From a virus (taxonomy: Duplodnaviria; Caudoviricetes), in the IMG/VR virus record IMGVR_UViG_3300021403_000004, positions 42,871 through 106,870 of that record: a DNA stretch of 64,000 bases. One strand, written 5' to 3'. The notes under the pieces were generated by a model. It was given only the letters and a program-made list of their open reading frames with translations, made no database searches and had not been told where the DNA came from. The position numbers were made by a program, and so were the translations under genes. Shown in pieces: positions 53,481 to 62,635 of the stretch; positions within the stretch are counted from its first letter, which is position 1; the number at the start of each line of letters is the position of its first letter.

Positions 53481-53490
53481 CGTTAGCGTA

Positions 53491-53892
53491 TCACGGTTTC
53501 ACACCGGACTGGCACTGTCCGGTGCCCGCCTCCGGGACCGCATGCTGGACGTACTGGACGAGTGCCTCCCGGAGCACGTCACTGAACGACATCCCGTGCG
53601 CCCTCGCATGAGCGCGCACTGCCTCCACGAGCAGCGAGTCAAGCCGGGCAGAGACTACCTGGTCAAGCTTGCGTGACGCGCCGCGCTGCCCTGAGCCTTC
53701 CATGACCATCCCGGAAGCTGGCCTGCCTTCCTGCGCAAGCGCGTGCCCGCGATCAGGGCTGACCCACACACGATCAACGACCAGGACTGACCCGGCCGCG
53801 CGCAGCTTGTCGTCCACCATCTCCGCCACCTCCGTCATTGACAGGTGCTCCGGCGCCAGCAAGCGCACGTTCACGAGGACGTACTGGCTCAT
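53491..53892 (-). CDS. Ribbon-helix-helix (CopG-like) regulator
   Basis: VVSARL...VRAHARAHGMSFSDVLREALVQYV. Confidence 0.7.
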   Translation of the reverse strand: MSQYVLVNVRLLAPEHLSMTEVAEMVDDKLRAAGSVLVVDRVWVSPDRGHALAQEGRPASGMVMEGSGQRGASRKLDQVVSARLDSLLVEAVRAHARAHGMSFSDVLREALVQYVQHAVPEAGTGQCQSGVKP

Positions 53893-54239
53893 GATGCCTG
53901 CCTTCCCTTCCGGAACTGGCGCCAGCGCCTGCGCGCCTGGTACAGCGGCCAGATCGTGTACCTGGCCACCACGTGCGTCATCCGGTCGCTCAGCAGGTGC
54001 CGCCCGTGCCCGATGTGGATGTGCGGCGCGTGCCCGCGGCCATCCTCCCACCGCGATCCCCACGTGCACGCATACGGCGCCAGGGTGTCCACGCGGCGCT
54101 GCCGGGCCCAGAGGCGGATGATGGCCAGCCACGCCCGGCGCCTGCTTGCGTACACCCGCTTGCGGCCGTGCATCGCCGCCCAGTCACGCGGCCTCGTCCG
54201 GCGGTAGCGGCGCGGCGGCCGACGGCGCCTGCGCGTCAC
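53889..54239 (-). CDS. Arg-rich hypothetical protein
   Basis: K..Y.SR..A...PY.C...H.HIGH. Confidence 0.55.
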   Translation of the reverse strand: MTRRRRRPPRRYRRTRPRDWAAMHGRKRVYASRRRAWLAIIRLWARQRRVDTLAPYACTWGSRWEDGRGHAPHIHIGHGRHLLSDRMTHVVARYTIWPLYQARRRWRQFRKGRQAS

Positions 54240-54682
54240 AGCAAGCGCACGCCATCATGATGACGCACTGCCGGGCCTGCAAGGAACCTGTAGGACAAGG
54301 CATCAGTGACCCGTGCCGCAAAGGCTTCACTGCACAGCTCGCTCACCTCACGGGGAGTAGCCCACAAGAACGCCGTGACCTCATCATTGAGCGTGAGCGT
54401 CCCGCCTGCCGGCGCGCACCGGAAGACCAGGGTCACCACCGTGCGCTGCATGTTCTTGTAAACGCCCGCCAGCACGCGCAGCCGGACTTCCAGGCCTGTC
54501 TCCTCCCTGACTTCACGCCGCAGGCCCGTGATAAGGTCCTCGTCGCGTTCCAGGCCGCCACCGGGCGGTTCCCAGTGCCCGTTATCATGCCGCCGGGTAA
54601 GGAGCACCCGGTCCTGGTCATCCACGATCACGGCGATGACGCCCACCCGGTGGCAGTCCGCGTGCTCCCATGCTGCGCTCAT
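54236..54682 (-). CDS. NUDIX hydrolase
   Basis: PGGGLE..E.....RREVREETGL Nudix box. Confidence 0.92.
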   Translation of the reverse strand: MSAAWEHADCHRVGVIAVIVDDQDRVLLTRRHDNGHWEPPGGGLERDEDLITGLRREVREETGLEVRLRVLAGVYKNMQRTVVTLVFRCAPAGGTLTLNDEVTAFLWATPREVSELCSEAFAARVTDALSYRFLAGPAVRHHDGVRLL

Positions 54683-54736
54683 CCCCGCCGCCTCTTGCCA
54701 TGCCTGCCCCGCTTGCAGCCGTGCATCGCCGTCCAG

Positions 54737-55063
54737 TCACGCAGCCTCGTCCGGTGGCACCGGCGCAGCGGGCGGCGGCGCTGGCGTGCGCGCATCAGTA
54801 ACAGCCTTCCTCGCATCGGGCTCTTCCGGCGCGTACCCCGCACACAGGGCGTGCACGGCAACGGCCGCACCCGTCGTGACCCCGTCAGCCTTGCGGTCCT
54901 CCGGGGCGATCCCGGCCAGGACCAGCACCAGCACCCGGTCCAGGAGGGGCTCCTCGCACACCGGGCAGTCCTGGCCGGCCATCGGGTGGCTGGCCCTGAT
55001 GGTGAACCGGCGGCCAGTGGCCAGCAGGGGCTTGGCCGTCGCGAAGACGCGCACCGGGATCAC
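54737..55063 (-). CDS. Zinc-binding hypothetical protein
   Basis: CPVC...H..C. Confidence 0.55.
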   Translation of the reverse strand: MIPVRVFATAKPLLATGRRFTIRASHPMAGQDCPVCEEPLLDRVLVLVLAGIAPEDRKADGVTTGAAVAVHALCAGYAPEEPDARKAVTDARTPAPPPAAPVPPDEAA

Positions 55064-55377
55064 GGCCTCTTCCTCCTGTGACGCCCTCGCTGGTCACGCC
55101 GGGCCTTGCTCGGCTTGACGGGAACGTGGCAATACACGCGCCCGGCCCCTTCCGACCACGCGTAATGCGAGTTCTCCATGCCCGGATGACGGAACGCGCG
55201 GTAACAACCGCCATCGCACCGGCACCAGATCTCGCCCATGCCGCCCAGGTATCCCTGGCACGCCGGGCAGCGCCACTCCGTGCAGTTCCCCCAGTGGCAT
55301 GACGCCGTGACGGAATCACTCAAGGAGAAGGGCGGCGTGCACCGGCAGCCGCGGTGCCGCTTCACGCGCTCCTTCAC
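55060..55377 (-). CDS. Cys-rich hypothetical protein
   Basis: Multiple Cys pairs; overlaps downstream start. Confidence 0.5.
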   Translation of the reverse strand: MKERVKRHRGCRCTPPFSLSDSVTASCHWGNCTEWRCPACQGYLGGMGEIWCRCDGGCYRAFRHPGMENSHYAWSEGAGRVYCHVPVKPSKARRDQRGRHRRKRP

Positions 55378-55379
55378 GA

Positions 55380-55832
55380 CTACCTTAGCTCCTGAGCGCT
55401 CAGCCGCCGGGCGCGCAAGCCCGGCTTAGCCTGCAGCGCCTGCCCGATCAGGAGCCGGCACTGCTCCTCAACGTACGCCGTCGTGCGGACGACGCCGCGC
55501 TCTTCCAGGACATGCCAGGCGGGCCAGCGCTCGCACCCCGGCAGCCCGGGATCGGGCGCATCCCCGCAATGCGCGCAGTCAAAGCCCAGCCACCAGGCAT
55601 CGTCAGCGCCGCCCTTGCCGCAATGCAGGTCCGGCTGGGCGAAGGTAAGGCCACCGTGCACGCTCGCGTCCACGTCATCGTAATCCCGGCCATGCCACGG
55701 GTGCCCCGGAGGGACGCGCACGTACCCGCACCGGTACCCCATCAGGTTGGACGTCACCTCCCATTCAAGGCCCTCATGAACGCCCTTGGCAAGAAGCAGT
55801 TCCGGGTGAGCTACCGACACCGGATTGCACAC
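55380..55832 (-). CDS. Conserved hypothetical phage protein
   Basis: RCGYV..P..HP..G..Y...VHGGLTF...WW.GFDCAH.GD motif. Confidence 0.8.
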   Translation of the reverse strand: MCNPVSVAHPELLLAKGVHEGLEWEVTSNLMGYRCGYVRVPPGHPWHGRDYDDVDASVHGGLTFAQPDLHCGKGGADDAWWLGFDCAHCGDAPDPGLPGCERWPAWHVLEERGVVRTTAYVEEQCRLLIGQALQAKPGLRARRLSAQELR

Positions 55833-56000
55833 GGCCCCTCCCTTCCCACTGCAGCAATACCACCTTGGCTGGCTGGCTGGCGACCTGCGGCTGCGAGCTG
55901 TTCTCCGTTGACTAGCTGATAATGGCTGGCTGATGACCTTTGGCTGCACTGATTCCATGGCTGGCTGGCGGCCTGCGACTACGCAGTTACCGGGAACTGG

Positions 56001-56759
56001 CTACCCGAGCACGTACCCTAGCAGCGCGTCGCCTGCCTGCCGGTCCTGCACGACGAGCGCGTTAGCCTGCTCGCGAGCGAACTTCACCGCGTGCAGGACC
56101 TCCGTCGCCCTGGCGCGCATGGCCTGGATGTCCTTGGCAGGCAGCTGCCCGGAGAACCGCACCGTCGTCCAGTATCCCTCAATGACGTCACTCTCGTAGG
56201 TGCGCACCTGCGCCGGGTGCTCCGGGGTAGCCTCGTACAGGACCTGCACCTGCGGGACCTTCTTGGTGCGCTCGGCCTGCCGGGGCGCGGACTTCCAGAC
56301 GCCCGCCTGGAGTGCCGGGCCGGCGTCGCTCCACTCCTGCGCCGGGTCCAGCTCCGGCAGCCGCTCGATCAACTGCGTGATGAGCTGGCCGAGCTGCGCC
56401 TCCAGGAACAGCAGGTACCCGGCCGGGACATCACGCACCAAGACGGTGCCGTCCTTGAGCGTGATGTCGGCGCGGGCACTGCAGTTGGCGTACTCGCGGG
56501 TGAACTTCAGGTCTAGCAGCCGGGTCAGGTGCTCCCGGGCACTGTCGACCAGTTCTCGCGCGGTGATCTGCACCTTGCGGTTCTGCGGCGGGAGCTGATC
56601 GCCCTCGTCACCGCGCCGCGACTCATACGTCCGGGAAATGCCCGTCAGCGGGTCGTTGTCGCCGCCGATGGCGAGCACGTGCCGGATCTTGGCCAGGTGC
56701 TGGTCAGTGTCGGCCACCACCCCGCGCTCAATGGCTATCACCTGGTGCAATGCGGTCAT
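56001..56759 (-). CDS. Conserved actinobacterial coiled-coil protein of unknown function
   Basis: L.Q.IA.E.G...GI.RTY....G..LP.....Q...VP..YLLFLE.QL...LP.LDP...LYEAT.EHPAQV...G.W....FSG.LP...AVK.ARE.AN. Confidence 0.8.
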   Translation of the reverse strand: MTALHQVIAIERGVVADTDQHLAKIRHVLAIGGDNDPLTGISRTYESRRGDEGDQLPPQNRKVQITARELVDSAREHLTRLLDLKFTREYANCSARADITLKDGTVLVRDVPAGYLLFLEAQLGQLITQLIERLPELDPAQEWSDAGPALQAGVWKSAPRQAERTKKVPQVQVLYEATPEHPAQVRTYESDVIEGYWTTVRFSGQLPAKDIQAMRARATEVLHAVKFAREQANALVVQDRQAGDALLGYVLG

Positions 56760-57028
56760 GACGGCTCCTTCGTGAGGCCTCGCCGGGCTTGATCTGATTG
56801 GCTCGCTGTCGCGGTGTGGCTGCGGGCTTAACGGATTGACCGGCTGTGACCAGCCGGGCAGCACGAGGCAGGACCGGGTCAGGGGCGGGGTCGGACCATC
56901 CCCGGTCCTGCACTGTCATCGTACCGTAATGCAAGACCGGGAGATACCGCAACAAGTTTCAGGCCCGGAAGTCACGTGCGCAAGCACATCAACGGTGGCT
57001 GGCTGTCCTGGCTTGGCTGCGTGCCTGG

Positions 57029-57841
57029 TTAAGCCAGGCCTGGAATGACCGCGACCGCCATGTCCTCAGCAATCTCAGCCGGGTTCACCACGTCCTCGAA
57101 ATAATACGGGTGCACCCACGGATGTGCCTCAGCGACCTCAGCGTACTGCTGATAAGCAGCCTTGCCGCCGCCGCCCGCCTCACCGATGATGCAGATCGCC
57201 CACACCTCGTCCCACTCACCGTGCGAGCCGTAGCCCTTCGGGCTGAGGGTGGCCTGCTCCAGGTACTGCCGGAACTCCTCAGCATCGCTGAGCGCGCCAT
57301 CGGTGAGCACCACGCGCGCGCGCACCGGGCGGTCAGCCCGCGGCGTGTCATAGAACTCGCCCTTGTGCTTAGCGTCACCCAGGTAGTGCGCGTCCCCGGC
57401 CTCGATAGCCTCCATGATCCGGGTGCCGCCTGCCACCGGGTGCGGCGCGCCCCTGAAGTACTTAGCGCGAAAGTCCGTCATCTTCCGGTCGAAGTTGGAA
57501 GAGTTCAGGTCCCCGTCATCACTGCCTTTGCCGGTGGGCAGGAAGACGTTGCTGAACGCGTAACGGTACACGCCGCCATGGTCGTCATCGCCGGCGGCCT
57601 GCTCGTCCGCGGCTTGGCTGTCCAGCGCCTCGAACGGGACGATAAGCTGCCGGAGTGCCTCAACCTGGACGTCCCAGGTGCACACGCTTGGCTTGCTGTC
57701 CCAGGGCCAGCCCTCTGATTCTGAGCAGTCATCATAAACTTCTGGCTCAGCTTCAGACTCCATCGGCAGGAGCTGGACGATCTCCTCGCGCCTGGTCCGG
57801 GCCGGGCCGCCCGTCGGGGTCTCCGTGCGAACGATCTGCAT
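57029..57841 (-). CDS. Divergent vWA-like protein
   Basis: DCSES degenerate MIDAS, GGT.IM.AI, VLTDG. Confidence 0.65.
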   Translation of the reverse strand: MQIVRTETPTGGPARTRREEIVQLLPMESEAEPEVYDDCSESEGWPWDSKPSVCTWDVQVEALRQLIVPFEALDSQAADEQAAGDDDHGGVYRYAFSNVFLPTGKGSDDGDLNSSNFDRKMTDFRAKYFRGAPHPVAGGTRIMEAIEAGDAHYLGDAKHKGEFYDTPRADRPVRARVVLTDGALSDAEEFRQYLEQATLSPKGYGSHGEWDEVWAICIIGEAGGGGKAAYQQYAEVAEAHPWVHPYYFEDVVNPAEIAEDMAVAVIPGLA

Positions 57842-58005
57842 CGGTTTCTTCTTTCTGTGAGGTGCTCGTCACCATACCTTAACAGACTCAGAGATACCTA
57901 ACTCGCCTAGGCAGTCGATGACGGCCTCCACGACGATGATGACCGCCACGATCACCGCGGCTGCCAGGAACATGTACTGGAAGGGGGCCAGCGGGCCGGT
58001 GAAGA

Positions 58006-58401
58006 TCACGGCATGACCTCCGGGTGCACGTGCTCCCAAGTGATCAGGCCCTCCGGCTCGCCATCCAGGAACTCTGCCAGGCAGCACACGGGAATCCCTG
58101 CGGCCAGCGCCGTGTGCACCTCCGCTTGCGCGCCCTTGCTGCGCTCCCAGCCGGGCAGCACGGCCACCGCGTCCGCGCAGCCGAGGATCCAGGCGAGGTC
58201 CACGGCCAGCGCCTGCCGCAGGTAGGCGGGGTCATTCCCGTACGCCTCGCCATCGCGCGGGTCCTTGCCGTTGCCCAGGTCCTGCTCAGCAGGGCTGAAC
58301 ACCTCATGGCCAGCAGCCCGCAACTGCCGCACGGCATCATGAATGGCCGGGTGGTTGTGCTCAGGATAACCGCGCATTGGCGCGGCACAGTACACCTTCA
58401 T
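58006..58401 (-). CDS. DUF4406 / nucleoside 2-deoxyribosyltransferase-like protein
   Basis: K.Y...PM.G...N.PA...L...G..V..PA...LPGWE.S.GA..E. Confidence 0.85.
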   Translation of the reverse strand: MKVYCAAPMRGYPEHNHPAIHDAVRQLRAAGHEVFSPAEQDLGNGKDPRDGEAYGNDPAYLRQALAVDLAWILGCADAVAVLPGWERSKGAQAEVHTALAAGIPVCCLAEFLDGEPEGLITWEHVHPEVMP

Positions 58402-58655
58402 TCGCGGGCGCCTTCCTTGTCAGGCTGCACCAGGCCCTCGCACGCAGCGGGCACGTCACCAGGCGCGGTGAACTCCATGAGGCTGGCCGCTTCCTCCAGG
58501 ATCACGCGCAGCCGCCGGACTTCAGCGCCAGCCTGCTGCGCCGCAGACCGCCAGCGCACCGCCTCGCTGCCTGCCACGTCAGCTTCCCGGCGCAGCGCGG
58601 CGTTCTCGGCCTCCAGCTCGCGAACCCGGCCTGCCAGGTCCTGGTCCTGCATCAT
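58398..58655 (-). CDS. Coiled-coil hypothetical protein
   Basis: RVRELEAENAALR; overlaps downstream start. Confidence 0.55.
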   Translation of the reverse strand: MMQDQDLAGRVRELEAENAALRREADVAGSEAVRWRSAAQQAGAEVRRLRVILEEAASLMEFTAPGDVPAACEGLVQPDKEGARE

Positions 58656-59406
58656 GAGCGCTCATCTCCCTTCAAGAAGGCGCCCCGGAGGCAGGAACGC
58701 TCGCACGGGGGCCGACCCTGCCATGCGCCTCGCCTCCGGGACGCCTCGATAATACCGCATCATCAGACGCTACGATACTCTTCCTGGATGGCCCTGCCTG
58801 AAGAGGACTGTAAAATACTCTCATGACCCTTGAGCACCTGGCCATGATCCTGCGCGCAGGCGAGCGCAGGACCTGGGGCATCCATGACGCGACGACCACG
58901 CACCTCGGCAGCGTGCTGCGGGCAATGGCGGCAGAATGCGACCGCCTTGACAAGGAGGGCAGTGCCTCATGAACTTCACGCTGCGGTCCCGGGACCGCTG
59001 CCACCACCGGAGCCGGCGGGGGCTGCCCTGCTTTCGCATGCGCATCCACGACTACTGGTGCGCCAGCCACAACCACCGCTGCTTCTGGCATTCCATGGAC
59101 CGCAACCGGTGCCCTAGGCGGCCAGCATGACCGGCATCTTGCTCGTGGCCTTCCTGGCCCTGGTCATCGTGGGCGCCATCGCGCGCCTGGTCCCCGGCGC
59201 TCACCGTGACCGCGCTGCCCGGTACTGCACCAAGCACGTCATCGTGCGGCAAGGCCCTGGCGGCCCCGACGTGCTGCGCTGGGTCTACGGCCCGCACCGC
59301 ACGCAGGGCAATGCCTGTGATGGCCCAGAGCACCAGCGCGCGCCCGGGCTATGGTAAAGCGCGTGAGCACCCAGCTGACCCTTGCGCACGAAAGGCCAGG
59401 AACGTC

Positions 59407-59805
59407 ATGAAGACATGGGTGGCAGACCTGTCGCATAACAAGGATGAAGGCACGTACCTCACGATCAGGGAGGCCTCCCTGGCAAGCCTGGTCCTCCAGG
59501 ACGTGGGGGACAGCGTGTTCGGGCTGCTGAACTGGGCGCACCGCGACTGGATGTACAGCCTGCGCTGGGGAAAGGCCGACCCGCAGTGGGGCTTCGCCGA
59601 CAAGTCAGCGGGCAGCAAGCTGCATGACCTCGCCCAGTGGGCCGGCGGGGGATTCGGCTCCTTCCGCAGGGACAAGGACATCGCGCACCTTCCCGTCACT
59701 CGTGCGTGGGTGCGCGAGCACTGCCCTGATGCAGGCTGGCCGTGGAACGAGCCGGCGCCCGGTGACGACGTGCCGGCCAGTAACGCAGGGGATACGACAC
59801 CGTGA
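59407..59805 (+). CDS. Hypothetical protein
   Basis: AGGA RBS; high-GC codon pattern. Confidence 0.55.
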   Translation: MKTWVADLSHNKDEGTYLTIREASLASLVLQDVGDSVFGLLNWAHRDWMYSLRWGKADPQWGFADKSAGSKLHDLAQWAGGGFGSFRRDKDIAHLPVTRAWVREHCPDAGWPWNEPAPGDDVPASNAGDTTP

Positions 59806-60014
59806 CCATCGCCACCAGCGCCCGCACGACCGTCAACCTCACGTTCCGTGCACATGCCGCGCTGAAGGCCACGATGGCGCGCACGCGCATGTCCAAGACC
59901 GACATCGTCAACCGGGCGGTCACGCTGTACGAGATCATCGACTCCGAAGCCAGCACCGGCGCGGAGATCGTCATCCGGCGCGACGGCCAGGAACGCGCCG
60001 TCATGCTCTTGTAG
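59802..60014 (+). CDS. Ribbon-helix-helix protein
   Basis: TVNL...A..AL......SKTDIVNRAV.LY. Confidence 0.7.
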   Translation: MTIATSARTTVNLTFRAHAALKATMARTRMSKTDIVNRAVTLYEIIDSEASTGAEIVIRRDGQERAVMLL

Positions 60015-60044
60015 CTCCGGGCGCCATCGTGCCAGCATGGCACG

Positions 60045-60374
60045 ATGGCGCCCCTGGCGTGGCTTGTCGGCATCGCGGGCACGGGCCTGTTCCTGACCCT
60101 CCTCGGCGTCATCATCCTTGTGCCCATTAAGTGGGAAGGGACTCCGGCCGGGACGCTCGTGCACGTCAAGTGCACGCGCTGCCGCGGCGGCATGCAGGCC
60201 ATCACGCCCCGCGGCTGGACGCGGCTTCCGGACCACATGCGCCTGCTGCACAGGAAGCCGACGGGCGACACGTGGGGGTCCCCTCAGGCCAACATCAGGG
60301 ACTGCCCTTGCTGCCTGGGACTAGGCGTGCATAGCACGACGAGTGCTGACGCTGCACGCTGGACGTGCCCGTAG
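60045..60374 (+). CDS. Membrane-anchored DnaJ-type zinc-finger protein
   Basis: N-terminal TM; CTRCRGG and CPCCLGLG. Confidence 0.6.
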   Translation: MAPLAWLVGIAGTGLFLTLLGVIILVPIKWEGTPAGTLVHVKCTRCRGGMQAITPRGWTRLPDHMRLLHRKPTGDTWGSPQANIRDCPCCLGLGVHSTTSADAARWTCP

Positions 60375-60611
60375 CGATTACTCCTCGGTAACCTACTAGT
60401 CGGTAACACTGGCCAGTAACATTCAAACTACGACTCTGTGATTCTCGAAAAGACTCTAAGAAGTCGGTCAAAATTTCTAAAAAGCGCCTCTACCTGCTAG
60501 ATTTCCCATAAAATTCGACGGCTTAGTCAAATTTATATTTTATACGCTTGAATTTTTCAATTAGAGAGGGATTTCGATGACCAAACCGTCCCGGAAAACT
60601 TGTTCTAAAAA

Positions 60612-61115
60612 ATAGTCGACTATGGTCGACCACCCTCGACTAGTATCGTGACGGGTCGATGTAGTCGACCACTATCAGGTGTGGTCAACGATGGTCATAC
60701 TGATCGACCATGGTCGACTATAGTTGACCTCGGTTGACCATCAGCTAGCACGTTTGTCTGACAGGTGGTCGACCATTGTCATGGTGGTCAACACTGATCG
60801 AGGTGGTCGACCACTATCGATATGGTCAACCATGGTCGACGTACATTACGCTGCGTGAACTAGTCGACCATGGTTGTGCAGTTATTCTGAGCGTGGTCGA
60901 CTACACACGAGCACATTCACTGGTCACTATCAGTGAGTGACAGGCCGGCGTCAGCTGTCATATGGTCGACTATGTACATACATGTGCTAGCCATTTGTCG
61001 AACAGGCTAGCTAGCACAGTGTAGGTAGTGGTCGACTATGGCAGTCAACAAGAGAAGGACGGTCGTGTCTCAAGTAGTCGACCATGGTAGAGCTATCACG
61101 AGTAGTAGTCGACTG
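60612..61115. repeat. Non-coding array of GTYRAC motifs
   Basis: By manual count about 13 GTCGAC plus 6 GTCAAC/GTTGAC in ~500 bp, usually as TGGTCGAC or TAGTCGAC; preceded by an AT-rich tract at ~60400-60612. Confidence 0.85.
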
Positions 61116-61117
61116 CA

Positions 61118-61266
61118 GTCACCACGTGATGCACGTCACATAACCTCGTACGTCACGTCAGTCACACACGTCACATTGTATATTTGATGGTACGGGGGTT
61201 CACTCACGTGACGTATGTGACGTTTGGGACTAATGGTTCGTGACGCCTGATGTTATTGTGACGAGT
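61118..61266. repeat. Cluster of CGTCAC/GTGACG motifs in two opposed groups
   Basis: ACGTCAC copies at 61130-61175 face GTGACG copies at 61205-61265. Confidence 0.65.
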
Positions 61267-61436
61267 GTCCGTTTAGAACGCGTTCGAATTACGCCCCTGA
61301 CCAGGCATTATGATACGAAAGGCCGCTGGAGTATGCTGGAGCTAGCTCCACCGAACGGAAGCGGAGCAGCGGGGCGAAGTGGGCCCCGGAGCGCGGGCCC
61401 GGAGCGCGGGCCCAGGAACTGAGAGGAGAGCAGCAC

Positions 61437-61649
61437 ATGACTAAGCCTACGGCTGCGCAGAACAAAGCACGGCGTGCGGAAGTCCTGGCACGCGTTGCCG
61501 CCCGTCGCTCGCCACTCCCCACGTGGCGTGATCTGGAAAGCGACCGGATTACCGGCACGCTGGTGTTCAACCACGACAAAGCACGGCGCGCTTTCGAGCG
61601 AAGTTCCGCGCCTGCTGACGTATGGGCCCGCCGGAACGCGCAGTTCTGA
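61437..61649 (+). CDS. Hypothetical early-type protein
   Basis: GAGGAG RBS. Confidence 0.6.
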   Translation: MTKPTAAQNKARRAEVLARVAARRSPLPTWRDLESDRITGTLVFNHDKARRAFERSSAPADVWARRNAQF

Positions 61650-61727
61650 CCACCCATGGTCGTGCACGGGCAACCGTGCATGGCCACGGGTGACCAGAGA
61701 GGCACCCGAGTCCTGAAAGGACACGCC

Positions 61728-62300
61728 ATGTCAGAGCAGACCCTTACCGCGCAAATCGACTTCTCGGTATTCGGTGCCGTCAAGGGCATCGTGACCAAGT
61801 CGGATAAGCCGCGCGTGGAGATCCCTGAAACCCTGGCTAAGGGATTCGCGGACATCGTCTCCTACCTCGCCACTCCGGGAGTGGAGAACACGAACAAGAT
61901 CAGCATGGAGATGCCCACGGAAGCGGAAGCCGACACGCTCCGCGCGCAAGTGCAGCAGTACGCGGACGACAACGGACTGTCCGCCTACATCCCTAAGTGG
62001 GCAGACGCACACTGGTCACGCAAGGATGCGGACCAGGAAACCGGCATCTACGGGACGGACCCTGAGACGGGAAAGGCCCTGACGGCTAAGTGGATTCCCG
62101 CCAACGGCGCGTTCGTCGGGGGGAAGTGGAAGGGTGTCTCAAAGAGCTGGAACGTGGACACGAACGTCACGTTCCGGATCACGCACCCGAAGCCTAAGGA
62201 CGACAGTCCTACGGTGGACACGACCACGGTCACCACTACCCAGAGTGAGGCCAAGCCGGCAACCCCCGCATCACGCGGTCGGCAGATCCTCGCCAAGTAG
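61728..62300 (+). CDS. Hypothetical protein
   Basis: AAGGA RBS; 190 aa; followed by a hairpin. Confidence 0.75.
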   Translation: MSEQTLTAQIDFSVFGAVKGIVTKSDKPRVEIPETLAKGFADIVSYLATPGVENTNKISMEMPTEAEADTLRAQVQQYADDNGLSAYIPKWADAHWSRKDADQETGIYGTDPETGKALTAKWIPANGAFVGGKWKGVSKSWNVDTNVTFRITHPKPKDDSPTVDTTTVTTTQSEAKPATPASRGRQILAK

Positions 62301-62401
62301 CTCGCGCGGTCCCATGGTCGGCCGGCTCCCGTTCACGCGAACCGGGAGCCGGCCGGCCACGGAATCACGGAAGCCACACAGCAGCAGAAAGGAGAAGCCC
62401 A

Positions 62402-62635
62402 ATGCCAACCATGGCCAGCGACAGGATTGACCGTCACCAAGCGTACGGCGTGCACATTGACCTGACGTGCCAGAACCACCGTGACCTACGGTGGTCAACC
62501 AAGAACATCGCCCCTATCGGGTGCAGGTCGCTCTTCTGGCGTCCGGCACTCGACAGCAACTACCGGCCTACGCAGGATGAGTGCACGTGCCCGGTCAGTG
62601 ACTTGATCGTGGCCCCGCGCGAAAGGGGCCAGTGA
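62402..62635 (+). CDS. Conserved small hypothetical protein
   Basis: AAGGAG RBS; HI.LTC.NH..LRWSTKNI..IG.R...EC.C. Confidence 0.7.
   Translation: MPTMASDRIDRHQAYGVHIDLTCQNHRDLRWSTKNIAPIGCRSLFWRPALDSNYRPTQDECTCPVSDLIVAPRERGQ

Noticed and set aside
49955-53486. ORFs called across the RNA operon
   Set aside because: They overlap clear tRNA and ncRNA genes and have no protein motifs
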